DNA from: Harriotta raleighana
Taxonomy: Eukaryota
Direction of reading: 5' to 3'
Assembly: GCA_050575255.1 (NCBI GenBank)
Contig: JBNZDD010013730.1
Location: forward strand, 6,106,543-6,170,542
DNA length: 64,000 nucleotides
The number at the start of each line of letters is the position of its first letter. The first letter of the stretch is position 1. Under the pieces are notes generated by a model, which ran no database searches, was not told where the DNA came from, and saw nothing but the letters and a program-made list of their open reading frames with translations. Of the stretch, positions 13,374 through 26,690 are shown piece by piece. Position numbers and translations under genes: made by a program.

Positions 13374-14348
13374 CAAATCTTACACACTCATTTCTCCCCT
13401 AACCCACCAAATTAATCAACTCTCAAATATTATTGACTTCTCTTATATTGTTACAGCATGCGAATCAATTAAAATAGTTCACCCACCCACCGCCACACCC
13501 CAAGCCCCCTTCACGGTCGCTTACTAGCGTTTTGTCTTTGCCACAATCTCAATGAAGGTAAGTGATGCCATATTCCTAGGACTCTGCTATTGCCACACTT
13601 AAATCAACTTATCACTGGAAACCATAGGGGTGGCATCAAGGGGTGCCATGACTGCTAATTTTCCCAGCAGTGTTTCACACCTGTCATAGAGACATGATGA
13701 AGACCAAGATCTTGGCATGTGACAGAACTGCAGATTATTGGTGCAAATTTCACAGTCACGTCACTCTGTCACAGCTTGAGTGGGTTTAGACATTTTGCTA
13801 TGTATTCTGTAGAACCACTGTGTTTCATTTCAACTGACCATTCCTAGTCAGAACGCCAGCCTCTATGAAGAATTCAACAGGAAAAAAAATCCAAGGATAC
13901 ATTTGAAAACACTAATCCAACTGAAAGCAACCTGTTTTTCTGCTTCAAAGTAAATCCTGAAAAGGAATCTGCTTTGAAAGTCAATACAAAATGTAATACA
14001 TTTGAAAACACTTTGGGTGTGATGAGTGTTAGATGTAAAAATCCAGAAAGGGCTCAATAACCAACAACTTACTTCATACAATTATATATTACATATATAT
14101 ATTTGCAATTGTCCTGGAAATAGTGTTGGTGAGAAGCAGATTATGCCGACAAACAGACAACGCTCCCTGATCAATTTCAAATCATGACTCAAGAATCATC
14201 TCTTTCAGTGTCATCTTTCTCCAACGACACTCTTCATCTCTTTCTCCCCTTCCTCCCCCCAGCTCATGTGCCCAGCCAGATATGTAAAGCTCTTTGAGAC
14301 ATCACTCTCAATGTGAAAGGCTCAAAATTTTTTAATGTATTATAAATA

Positions 14349-14502
14349 TTGCTGTGCACAAATGGCTGCCCCGTTTTGCCCACAGATATACAGTCAATTC
14401 ACTTTACAGTATATTCTGTGAAGCGCTTTGAGAGATCTAGAAGATGTGAAAAGCACTATATCAAATGGAAGGATTATTATCATCATTACTATTATTATTA
14501 TT
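14349..14502 (+). mobile_element. Deu SINE 3' half
   Basis: TGCTGTGCACAAATGGCTGCC...CAGTCAATTCACTTTACAGTATATTCTGTGAAGCGCTTTGAG..., ending in an (ATT)n tail. Confidence 0.85.
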
Positions 14503-15662
14503 GTTAAGTGTCACTATACTTTCCAGCAAAATCCTATAAAGCGTCTTCCCAATGTGAAAGGTGCTATATGAAATGCAAGGATTATGTATTTTTATATATA
14601 TCTTATTGCACCTTGTATCATTGCGAGTCACATTGCTCAAATACAATATTTCCTTGCTAAATTTATACCGATTCAGCAGTTTTCTGGTAATGCAAACTTT
14701 GCACTTCTGAAAGAATCCAGTTCCCAGTTGAAGTAACTATTCGATGTGATCGCTTTAAACTTTAAAAACATCATCAGCAGTTGGAGGTGAGTAAGCAGAG
14801 CTCTCTTCTCATGTTTCACTGTGAATGCTGTGAGAAGACAACATGGGTAAGAATTTCCTCTTGTTGTCAATTGTAGTAAGTCAGATGTGTATGAATTTTT
14901 TGGGGGATCATTGTGTTAGAATAAATAGAAATATAAAAATCTCAACAAGCCTCTTCAATGCACTAAGCTTGGTATAAATTTAAATTCTACTTAACAGCAA
15001 ATTTTGTGATTGCATATTCTAAAGAAAACATTCAAAGCTATTTCACAATGTTTCCTGTAGGGGAATATGGGCAATTTAATCATAACTTTAAACTAAATTT
15101 CAATTTCTTCTTGCATTTAACTACACTCCGCAAGCCCAATTTCACATCAAGTATGATATATTATATCATTCTATTCAGTTCTCATCTCCTTGATAATCTC
15201 CTGCATGTGACATTTTGGATGCAAAACAAAATGAGCGGAAATAAACAAGAGATTGCACTACAAACCTGAATAAAATCACAACGCTAAAATTATTTATAAG
15301 ATAGTGAAGATCACGTTGACTACAATTATACACAACAGACTGAAATTAAGCTTGTCACAAGGAATTGAAATGTCTTGGAGGATATTATCTACAATCTGTT
15401 GTGAATCTTAATTGACATAAATTAAAGGAGAAATTTCAATTGAAGTTAACCATTAGAACACTGCAACATAAAAATGACCTGTTATCTTCCATTTTGCTTT
15501 CCATCTCTCCAGAACGTGGAAATACTTTCTGAAGTGTGGTTCCAACGACACTTACCTCCCACTGATACCTCATTAAACCAACCATTTTTCAAGTGTGAGC
15601 CTAGGCAGAGTGTCAATAGGTTATTCTGCAATGAAAGCTGTAAACCATCTTGTAATCTCATT

Positions 15663-15924
15663 AATAATAATGATTCTTGGATTTGTTATGGCACTTTGCA
15701 CGTCTTCTAGACATCTCAAAGAGCTTCATAGAATTTACTGTAATGTGAATTGACTGTATATATGTGGGCAAAACGCGGCAGCCAATTGCGCGCAGCAGCG
15801 TCCCACAAACAGTTGTGGTGTGAAAATGACCAATTTATTATTGTTTTTTGAGAGATTATCATTAGGCGTGGATTAAAAAAACTTGCCGATGGAGAGTGCT
15901 CGAACCACTGAGGTACACAACTCC
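15663..15924 (-). mobile_element. Near full-length short-form Deu SINE
   Basis: (AAT)n tail, core GGCAGCCAATTGCGCGCAGCAGCGTCCCACAAACAG, and tRNA-like head GTGCTCGAACCACTGAG..AACTCC. Confidence 0.85.
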
Positions 15925-16860
15925 ATTTCCATGATGTTGCCTATATATTGGCTTATGCTACACCAAGGGATGGAGGTGCAGTGCTATAATGGCTCTTCAA
16001 CAGTATTGGAGCAATGCCAGACCTTTAAAGATCCATGCTGCATTTTTCATAAGAACACACAGCTTCTGATTTACTTCTGTGGAATCTGCCCATTCCACCT
16101 ACTTCTGATTGACTGGGCAATTGGCTCTTCTCAATCGGATAAAAATGGATTTTTGGNNNNNNNNNNNNNNNNNNNNNNNNNNNNNNNNNNNNNNNNNNNN
16201 NNNNNNNNNNNNNNNNNNNNNNNNNNNNNNNNNNNNNNNNNNNNNNNNNNNNNNNNNNNNNNNNNNNNNNNNNNNNNNNNNNNNNNNNNNNNNNNNNNNN
16301 NNNNNNNNNNNNNNNNNNNNNNNNNNNNNNNNNNNNNNNNNNNNNNNNNNNNNNNNNNNNNNNNNNNNNNNNNNNNNTCTCATCTCCTTGATAATCTCCT
16401 GCATGTGACATTTTGGATGCAAAACAAAATGAGCGGAAATAAACAAGAGATTGCACTACAAACCTGAATAAAATCACAACGCTAAAATTATTTATAAGAT
16501 AGTGAAGATCACGTTGACTACAATTATACACAACAGACTGAAATTAAGCTTGTCACAAGGAATTGAAATGTCTTGGAGGATATTATCTACAATCTGTTGT
16601 GAATCTTAATTGACATAAATTAAAGGAGAAATTTCAATTGAAGTTAACCATTAGAACACTGCAACATAAAAATGACCTGTTATCTTCCATTTTGCTTTCC
16701 ATCTCTCCAGAACGTGGAAATACTTTCTGAAGTGTGGTTCCAACGACACTTACCTCCCACTGATACCTCATTAAACCAACCATTTTTCAAGTGTGAGCCT
16801 AGGCAGAGTGTCAATAGGTTATTCTGCAATGAAAGCTGTAAACCATCTTGTAATCTCATT

Positions 16861-17122
16861 AATAATAATGATTCTTGGATTTGTTATGGCACTTTGCACG
16901 TCTTCTAGACATCTCAAAGAGCTTCATAGAATTTACTGTAATGTGAATTGACTGTATATATGTGGGCAAAACGCGGCAGCCAATTGCGCGCAGCAGCGTC
17001 CCACAAACAGTTGTGGTGTGAAAATGACCAATTTATTATTGTTTTTTGAGAGATTATCATTAGGCGTGGATTAAAAAAACTTGCCGATGGAGAGTGCTCG
17101 AACCACTGAGGTACACAACTCC
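16861..17122 (-). mobile_element. Copy of the 15663-15924 SINE inside the probable artefactual duplication
   Basis: Same sequence at offset +1198. Confidence 0.8.
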
Positions 17123-17503
17123 ATTTCCATGATGTTGCCTATATATTGGCTTATGCTACACCAAGGGATGGAGGTGCAGTGCTATAATGGCTCTTCAACA
17201 GTATTGGAGCAATGCCAGACCTTTAAAGATCCATGCTGCATTTTTCATAAGAACACACAGCTTCTGATTTACTTCTGTGGAATCTGCCCATTCCACCTAC
17301 TTCTGATTGACTGGGCAATTGGCTCTTCTCAATCGGATAAAAATGGATTTTTGGAAAAAGGTGAGTCAAACATTTGGGAAAAAAGATCAGTGAAACAATG
17401 AGCATTGAGCTTTCTACTGTAATTTGTAATGATTCAGCATCAACTTCTGCAGGTGTCTCTCCTATTCGTTGGGCTGGGCATAGCATTACTTTTTTGCATG
17501 AAT

Positions 17504-17630
17504 GATAATAATCCTTGCATTTGATATAGCTAGCGCCTTATCATGTTGTCAAGATGCTTAAAAGCACTTCACAGGAGATACTGTAAAGTATATTTGACTG
17601 TCCTGTATTTTGTGGGCAAATGAGGAAGAC
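17504..17630 (-). mobile_element. Deu SINE 3' fragment
   Basis: ATAATAATCCTTGCATTTGATATAG...ACTGTAAAGT...TGTGGGCAAA. Confidence 0.75.
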
Positions 17631-18017
17631 GTTCAAGGGAAATCTTCACTGAAACAACAACAAAATTACACTTTTATAATGCCTTTCATATCAGGTGGGC
17701 GTTCCAAGGTAATGGTCAATCAATGTTTCAAAACAGAAGCCTGCGTAGAACTCTAAAGGTTCACAGTGGTTCAAAACACTGCTTTAAAAAAATACATGAC
17801 CACAGGCTTTGATGAAACACTTACTCAGTGACACTTACTCACTTGAGAAAAGTTCCCATGGTTTTTTTTTGGTAGGTGGCAGAAACAGAGATTTTATTCA
17901 GCTTTCATCAAGAGAAGCGGTAAAGAGTATTGAAAATTTGCTCCGAAATCATGGGGAGGTGATTAAAGAAATCAAAAATCACTATCTGATAACTTTTACT
18001 GAAAAATGCACTTCACT

Positions 18018-18125
18018 GGACTTCAGGTGAGGATAGGATCAGGCTGAGCTGTGATCTTCTCACTAGATATCCGTCTGAGCTCATATATGAAATAAGGTCA
18101 TTCATGTGAGATACTGTGAAGACCA
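18018..18125 (+). mobile_element. Ancient SINE relic, AmnSINE2-like
   Basis: GGACTTCAGGTGAGGATAGGATCAGGCTGAGCTGTGAT...GCTCATATATGAA resembles the recalled consensus. Confidence 0.45.
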
Positions 18126-19246
18126 GCATCAATTGAACTATAATCAACACTATAAAACACTCAGTACCATCAGATGGAGGGAATGGGGGGAAAATTGTTG
18201 GGAGAAAAATATTGACTAAATGTGAGCTAAACTTTTTTTTAAATGATTTTCTGTCATCAGTAAAATACAATACTGAGCACTATTCCAGTGTCAAAAATCT
18301 GTTTTGTTCAGTGCTTACAGTTAACATTGCTAAATGAATTCTAATAAGCTAACTTATAAGTCTTCTGGCATGCTTTTGTATTGATGAGCACAAAGGAGAA
18401 AGTCTCTTGATTCAATTTCATGGGATCTCCAATTCCCATTACAGCATGACTGCAAAAATTAATTCATTTAAATGCCAGCAGAATTTACCTGTCGGTCAGG
18501 ATTGGGAAATCACTATGTGTGGAAAGTAAGGCACAAATGCTCATGTTTTGCCACTCTATAGCAAACCTTGCTGAAGCTAGTAAATAATGCAACTATATTT
18601 TCACTATCATTTTTCTTCTGGTAGCTTTCTTGCTTACTTAAGAATAAGCTCCTTGAGTTATGTGTGAAGCAGATTTACACAATTCATCAGTCATCAGTTA
18701 ATCCCATAAATTCTTAAATAATTCTACACATCTTTTTATCATTTGAGAACCGTTCACTGACTTCATACTAATCTCCGAATTTTGTTCAAATTAATCTTTG
18801 CTTCGTGAGGGTTACAGACAGTCCCCGGGGATGAAAGATTTATTTTGCTACCTTTTAGTGTTTTTGTCAAAACTGTGCTATATTACTTTAGTTCCAACAC
18901 AAGAATAACAAGTAAAAGCTAATGATGGAATGCAGTCCTCTCTTGTGTGATGAAATCCATTCTCACCACAAGTGTTATTGAATGGGGTATGATTGTTGTG
19001 GTATATGACTTTATTGCAGCTATATTTCTATAGTGGAAATATTTTTGTTAAATTATTTTCTCTGGATGATACGTCAGTTCCAATGAATGGGACAGAAGAA
19101 GGAGTCTCTTATGTACCATCTCAAAAAGATAAGAAACTCAAAAGTAAAATAACAATATAGATCATCTTAGTAAACAATGGAGCCGTTAGTGATTGACAAT
19201 GTAGAACATTCATATGATTTTTGTCAAAATTATTTGGTCTGGGCAA

Positions 19247-19812
19247 AATTTCTAAAAGCTTTGGGGGAAACTCTTCTCGAGTAATTTCATGGGATTTTTT
19301 AATTCCATGGGATTTTTAAAGTTTTCCTGAACATTTACATCGTGTCTTAGCCAGTCTAAATTGGAAGTATTCAGAAGGTTGTGGGTTCCTACTCCATATT
19401 TGGACTTTGAACTCACAGTCTAGGCCAGTGGTAGCCAACCATTTTGGTCGTCAACCAAACACATTTTCTTGATTGAATCCTTTTTGATTTATGAACACAC
19501 CATAAACGTTGCCACTCAGTAAGATAGTGAAAACAAAGCATTGATTTAATTCAGACTCATCTAGATATGTGTGAATGTTCAGAACCATTTATTAATGACC
19601 GCTTGGATCATGAGTTGCCACCACTGGTCTTGGCTGAGACTTAGTGTTGGGGGAACTGCATTTTCAGAGGTATTGTCCTTTGGATAAGTTTTCTGAGCCA
19701 TGTGAGAGACACTATGTAAATGTTCAGGAAGACTTTAAAAATCCCATGGAATTAAAAAATCCCATGAAATTACTCAAGAAGAGAAGAGTTTCCCCCAAAG
19801 CTTTTAGAAATT
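19247..19812. repeat. Inverted repeat, arms 19247-19347 and 19707-19812
   Basis: The arms are reverse complements with 2 mismatches and one 5-nt indel over about 101 bp. Confidence 0.92.
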
Positions 19813-19975
19813 GGTCATGCACCTCTCAACTGTTTGTGGGACATTCCTATGCGCAAATTGGCTGGTGTGTTTTCTGACACAGTCGCTACTCTTTACGAAA
19901 ACATTTCGTAAGACACTTTAAGATTTTTCAATTCGATAAAGCACTATGTCAAATTCAACAATTGTTGTGATTATT
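19365..19975 (+). mobile_element. Old long-form Deu SINE (SacSINE1-like) interrupted by a hAT MITE
   Basis: TCAGAAGGTTGTGGGTTC...TCTAGGC, then the insertion, then TGAGACT...CTGCATT...AAAAATCCCATGG...TGTTTGTGGGACATTCCTATGCGCAAATTGGCTG and a degenerate tail. Confidence 0.75.
19426..19626. mobile_element. hAT (Charlie-like) MITE, 201 bp
   Basis: TIRs CAGTGGTAGCCAACC and GAGTTGCCACCACTG. 8-bp TSD GTCTAGGC (19418-19425) and GTCTTGGC (19627-19634). Confidence 0.8.
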
Positions 19976-22900
19976 ATTGTGCTATCTGATAAAATAATTA
20001 GAAGCCCCAAAATGAGAGGGAAACATTAATTTCATATCACAAGACAAAATATCACAATACAGTGACATCATAACTGTCACCAATCATTGATGGGCTTTTA
20101 ATATCACTTCTGTTCTGCATAATTAATATCCAGTTTATCACAATTTTATGCAATATTATCCTAGATTTCTTCAGCACTTATTGCCATCACCTTACATTTT
20201 ATCTGATCAAACATTTTTCTCATATAGATTTATTTCCTGACGTGTCAATATAAATCTCTGGAATTTCATATGTAGCTTTTAATAATAAACAGACCGGAAA
20301 AGAAATCAATTTAGGGCACAATTCTGCATTTTGTAAAGCTGCAAAGTATATTTGGGCCACAGTACATGCGCTTAAAACTTACAGTTGAATTATAATGTGC
20401 CAAAATATTTTACTGTGGACTTTTACCAAGGGTTCTGTGGATTAATATGCTGGTATGAATATTTGTGTAGCATGTCATTGATATATCAGTGCTGCACAGG
20501 CTTTGGCTCAGTGGCAATAAGGCAACACGGAAGTGACATGGTGAAAACACCAGGCTTTCATATCCTATGATCATGTCAGTCAAACCAAATTGAACAGGAC
20601 AAGACTCTGGTTCCTAACAGCAGAGCAAAGCAGAATTGAGTAAAAAAAATGTTCCTGAAAAGAGGATGAACCGATTCAGCTATGTTGCAGCTGTACATTG
20701 CAATGGGCAATGGCAAAAAACATGTGGTGAAAGCCTTTTGAAAATATTTGAAAGATAACACAAGCTATCACACTATATGATTTAATTCTGAGTTTTTAGT
20801 CCCATAGTTGCACTAATTCATGATCAGCATAGAATTTAGCTCTGCGTATATCTACAGTTAAACATGAAAAGGCCGCAGTCAAAGAGCACATCAGCAACTT
20901 AGCTGGTGCAACACAAAGAGCATTATTTCTGATAGTAATCAATGTCTTGCTCAGTGAAGACTATCCTAATCCATGCTGAATTTTTACAAGACAGCATCAG
21001 GTGTAAGATAAGAGTCAATCGATCAGCAAATGATTGGTCGTATGATATTGCCCTTTGATATATGGGTTTACCAAAACAATTCACATTCTTCATCAAGTGT
21101 AATGAAATGGGAATGATGTAGGTTTTGCAGCTTTGTTTGATGAATCTGCTTCGACATAAAACCCGCAGAATGCATAGGGTAAGAGTTTCTAATTCATTCA
21201 TCTCTAATATTGCACAGCTCACTTACAAGCTGCTGTAAAAATAGCTTGCTTATTCCCTCACTGTTTTGGGAGAGATCATGAACAGCAAGACAAATAGTAA
21301 GGGAGTCAGTATTCATTTGGCTTATACCTCAGATAGTAACAGCATCTGTAAAGATGACCTACATTTGTTGCACCAATGGCATCTCTGCATGAAAAGCATA
21401 TGATATCCTTTAAGACGTAGGATTTATTTATAGATTATCAAAAGCTCCCAGGTCAGACTAGCTGCAGAGAATCCCTCTTTCTAGTGTGCCTCAAAAGATT
21501 GGCTTGGAAAAGCACCCAACCACATCTGTGTGAAGCTGTTACTTATTTCAACAACGATTACTGAGTTAGTTTGTACTGTTGAACATTGCACATTTAGAAT
21601 TGTTGAGAAAATGCAATGTTTATTATTATTATTATTATAGATTCTGCGAGTTCATGTGGGTCACTCATCATTGTTTTCAGCAGTCAGGGAGTCAGATCAT
21701 CCTGATCATTAAACTTAGCAATTGTTTGCAACAATTTTCTGATGACTCCTGAAAAATAAATCCTTGTCCATAAATTTAAATAGTTTTTTAATTTGTCTCA
21801 TTCAATCTGAAATTTAACTCCTGATATTTCTTACACATTCTGAACTGTATAAAATGTGATGAAATTAAGGATTATAAAAAGACTAGTAAATGTATGCAAA
21901 ATCTATTTGCTACAAGGCTTCAACAACACTATATTCCAAAATATTTAGCCTTCTGTAATTGCACTGTAAAGGATGAGATGCAGTCAAAGATATAGGTCTT
22001 CAGATTGGATTTGAAAGTGGCAAGATAAGAGCGTTTTTTTTTACTTTGAGAGCACAGGGACAGACTCTCAGTTGCATCTGTCATTGTTCAATTGATCCAA
22101 TACCCTTAAGAAATAGCTGGATTAATATTTAACTAGAAATATGAATGAATACTAGAAAATCTACTGGAAATTTAAAATTGTACAGTTGATGTGAGATAAA
22201 ATTTTCAACCGAACAGAAGCAAAACTTGTCAAAGTTGCGCAACATACAAAGTAGGTTTGCACTGGTATTTTGAAGTTCTGATTTAACCTGTTTTTTGAGG
22301 ACTGGTAGCAACTATGTTGACCATTCTGTACGTCACTAAATGGGTTGGGTACAGTCTGTGAAAAAGCAAATTGTACATTATCCAAGGAAAAATGTTGCCT
22401 TGACTTGAACGAATTTCCCTTCTTGTTCCATGCTTCTTTTAGTTATTTGGCTTCTATATGCTGCTTTGCTCTGATACATGATTCATGTGAACAGGCTTCA
22501 AAAAAATCAAATGAAAGAACAGATTTAGTAAGTAGCCAGGTTTACCATGCAAAATAATCTTGGGTTACTTACCAGAAAACATCAAGAGCAAGGGATAGAA
22601 CATGTGGAACATGTTTCTATTTGCAGAGGGTTTAAAAAATAATGTTGAATATTCTTCCTTTCAAATAAAATGCAACACTCTCACGTCATTGCGCAAAAGG
22701 GCTTTAAAATTCTCTTTCAATTTCTTCAATTAATTTCACAATTCTGGGATCAACATGGTGAATAATTCTGTTCATTTCGGTTTTAAAGATAACAGCTTTG
22801 AACAATAAACTTCAAAGATTAGGAGAGCAGTTTTAAATTATATTACCATTCTAATGGGAATGATATGAATATTATGGCTGTCGACTTTCAAGCACCAAAC

Positions 22901-24409
22901 CAATTTATAGGCTTACCTACCCAACCAGTTGTTATACAAGGTTTGAGTTTGACATCTGATCAAGGACTTCACTGTAGAAATAGAAGGCTCTTGTGGAACT
23001 AGCTCATATCAGTCAGATAGATACAACCCAAATTTCACTGAACTCTGTCCTTTTTTAAGGCTGGTCAAATGCACGACATGCATTGCAATGAAACTCATCC
23101 ACAAATATATTCCCAAACTAACACTGTCACTTCTTTTTTTTTTTTAAAGTAGGCTTCCATAGGCTTCTATCTATTTATAACTGTAAACAGCATTATTCCT
23201 GTGCATTTTTTCAAAAAGTTTCATATTCAAAACAATCTCACAAAAGCACAACTTATGTAACAACAGACAGAAAATAAACTGATTTTAAAATTGTCTTAGC
23301 TAAAATGCTAGGCTATGATTTTATTGTACATTGAATCTTTTCAGAACCAGACACTTAGTCAGTTCTTAACAACAACTGTATCGGAGGAGATGTACAGCAG
23401 AGGGTAGGCCATTCACAAACAAAGGCATCAGTCCTGCCTACAGAACAACAAATATTGATTACCTGCTCACTTCTCACCAATATCAAAAAAACAGCAAATT
23501 GTAGAGGTCAGAACATTGGTTCCCAAGACCAAGATGAGTATTTTTTGACAGTGGATCAACAGCAGTAGCAGGATAATGACTTCTCCAATGGACAATGAAT
23601 GTATTCCCACATAAATTCAAGTTCACAGCATTGTGCTCGCAAACTCAGGAAGCTTCCAGGGATAGAAGATTTACAAACAGCTGCTAATAAGGTATACTAC
23701 AAAACATTTTTAATTTATATTCTGTTAGTAAACTGGCATTCTTTTCATTGTGGGCCAGTGACAATGTTTCTATCATAGTGGCTCTGTCTTCTCAATTTCA
23801 AGCCCAGTCATTTTATCTATTGTTGTCTCTTTGCTTTTCTAATGATAATAGGTTCATAGAAGCTTTCATTCTTCTTACATTTGCGTATGGGTTACAGGCA
23901 AAAATCGCCAAAGGTTTAACAAACATTTCACACAAGTTTCTAATGCCCAAAACTATCAGCATCAAAGTCAGAGCAAACAAATGCAGCACCAAAAGCTTTG
24001 TTAAAATGTTGCCAATAAGCAGTCAACATATTCAAAAGTTATATGTATAAATAGGTTTAGACGTTAACAGAATCTAATTTTATTAAACTTTAACTGGGAA
24101 AATATTTTTTTCTGTGAACGCCGATGTGTCAAAATTTGTTTTGAGTTTTTGGTTAATATAACCGTGGGTAGAACTTCTACATATTTTCTCACACATAATT
24201 TAAAAATATCTACTGGTGAAGATCTTTCTAATGTATAATTAAGTCAAAAGAAACACATAGCCTTATAATGAGCTATAATTGAGTGAAACTGAAGATTTGA
24301 ACCTTGGTTTAGTTTTGGCTGGGTTTATTTCAGCCAAGGAAATATCAGAGGTATTCCAACTGCACACACCAACACCAGGATTGAGAGAGACCAAAGAATA
24401 TCATACAGG

Positions 24410-24643
24410 ATTACGCTCCTTATTGATACCCTCCTGGGTAACATGTGAACATTGGATGAGGAAAAGAACAATCTCAAAACCTTCCTCTTTGACCCTGCCT
24501 TTGGTCGCCCTCCCCACAATCTCCTTGCCCTCCACCCCTTCTGATCCCAATACCATCACGTATTGGTGCACATCCATCACAGTCCAGCCACTTTGGGATG
24601 AAACATGAAAGTCGCTGTACCAATGTAATTTTTGTTGCTGTTG
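24410..24643 (+). mobile_element. Degraded L2 3' end
   Basis: CTCAAAACCTTCCTCTTTGACCCTGCCTTTGG, a C-rich UTR, and tail CATGAAAGTCGCTGTACCAATGTAATTTTTGTTGCTGTTG. Confidence 0.75.
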
Positions 24644-26524
24644 AAGGTTGGATAACAGTATTCTATCTCTCACAGAACAATGATCCATAAACAGCATCAC
24701 CAAATTCCACAGACGTTCCTCTTTCCTGAAATTCAATTTGTCTTAATGTTGTCTTCTATGCATTCAGATAAATGCAAAAATATTTTTTACAGATGAACTT
24801 TTGACTCACTGCATAAACAGGAAATAGGGAGAAAAACAGAAATTGGTTGGAGGTTTTGTTGGCTGCAATAGTTATCCAACCAGGAAAACATGACACAATT
24901 GTAACTGTTTGGGGGTGTATTCATTGGGTAAACACAATATGTTTAGTGAGACATCCTCTCCTCCCCCGTACCCTGTAGAATATTTTGAAAAATCTCTGAT
25001 AGGTTTTAACTGTAATGTTATCTCAGTGCCTATGAGATCAATTTAACACGTATTAAAGAAAATAAACCGAAGTGATGTGAGCAAAAAGCGACCACTGGCA
25101 AATAAACACACAAGATGACTTACCTCAACTGGCTGCAATCCACAGTGTACCACCAGTTATGATATGGCTGCAACCAATTTTACTGTATGATATCTTTCTG
25201 TAACATAAACCGTATTTATTTCAACAGGCGGGAAAGGAGGCACATCCTATTAATTTAATAATGCACTGGTGTGTAAGTGTGTGGCTGGTGTGTTTTATTA
25301 GTGCAGTGAGTGCTGCTATGTAAGTATATACCAAGCACAGGGCTGGGTTTCACTAGCTACCTGCGGCTATTGTTGTTCTCTCATTGATCCCTAACTAACT
25401 GCCTGGCGCCAGTCGCTTTTACAATTCATGTCAGAAATTCCTCTCTCAAGTATGATTTTCCTTGAAAAGTATGCGTAATCAATTCTCAATCGGTGGTGTG
25501 CATTGCAGCCAGAATGTTGTACACGTATGAAGGGGGTGGGGGGAGGCGATCCCTTTTGTTTATTACTGATCAAAACAAATGTTAAAGTGGAGTCCTTTGC
25601 TGGAAGTCTTTTCTGAACTTGTAATTTCCTGTCAATCAGCTGAAAGTTTCAAAGGTTAACGAAGGAAAACACATATCGTTTGGCTCCAAATTCATTATGC
25701 ACAGGAAAAAATGATGTTCTTGAAGGCATGTTTTCTTCACAGATGAAGTGTTGTAAATTCAGTTTGGCACTTCAAGGTCTTAAAAGGGCAGCTTTGACAC
25801 TGGTAAAACACTTTTGTTTCCAAAAAACAGAAAATTCTCTGTGTTTTCCTTATACCGTAGTGACAATTGTTCCTTCAAGAGGAAAATGGACAGTTGCAGG
25901 TTGATCCTCATCAAAATAAACTGCAGTCTCTGTCTCTGTGTTGATTGTTTTTCACTGACCTCTGGGACATCTGTGTCTCACAATTATCTAAGGAGCTATG
26001 TTCCTGCTAATGGTTTTACCTCAGTTCAAATAGATCCCCTTGTTCTTCCTTACCAGGCACATTGATATCTCTATTGCATTGTTTCGGTAAATTCTCCATT
26101 TAAGTCTTCAAGACAATTAGTCTTAAGTTTTTGCTTGGCCATGGTAGAGATGTTTTGATATAATAGTACAATATAAAAGCAGATTCTAAAATAATAATCC
26201 ATGCATTTGATGTCGTGCTTATCACATTATCAAAACACCTGAAGATGTTGGCCATTATCAAAAATATAATAATCCTTGCATTTCTTTTTGATTTAGTACC
26301 TTAGGAAGATATTTTGAAGAGCTTCACAAGATTTTTGCAAATTACACATAGAATCCAGCAGATATATTAGGCTTGGAAGTAGGGAGCACTGATTCGTGAG
26401 AATGGAACCTGAAATAAAGAAGTTAAATTATGGGGTGAGGTTGGTCAACCTTGCTTATGTTCCCCCGAGCTGAGAAGAACGTAAAATTCACTGCCCCCCA
26501 AATTTGTAGATGTGGATCAATTGA

Positions 26525-26690
26525 AATATATGAAAGCAGCTGGTGGATAAATATTCAGTAGGAAGAGATATTGTGGAATATGGTGAAAGGACTGGGAAAT
26601 GTTATTTCAGTCATCATCAGATAAAATGGTGGAACAAGCTTGATGGAACTGAAAGATATGTGCCTGTTCCTATCTTGTTATATACTTAGT
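26525..26690 (+). mobile_element. Degraded CR1 3' UTR
   Basis: GGATAAATATT...GGAATATGGTGAAAGG...AATGGTGGAACAAGCTTGATGG..CTGAA...CCTGTTCCTATC is typical of CR1 3' ends. Confidence 0.6.

Larger units (their letters stand above)
15180..17354. other. 977-bp direct duplication flanking a 221-N gap; probable unmerged contig overlap
   Basis: 15180-16156 matches 16378-17354 (offset 1198) with no difference seen by eye. Both copies abut the gap at 16157-16377. Confidence 0.85.

Noticed and set aside
15883-16531. Long ORFs of 99-194 aa
   Set aside because: They are open only because they run through the N gap.
21221-21245. 6-nt minus-strand microexon (TTTTTACAG CAGCTT GTAAGT)
   Set aside because: The polypyrimidine tract is short and such a match is expected by chance.
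25124-25197. Minus-strand exon with a perfect GAG|GTAAGT donor
   Set aside because: All three frames contain stops and the acceptor is weak. Such donors occur often by chance, although a non-coding exon is not excluded.
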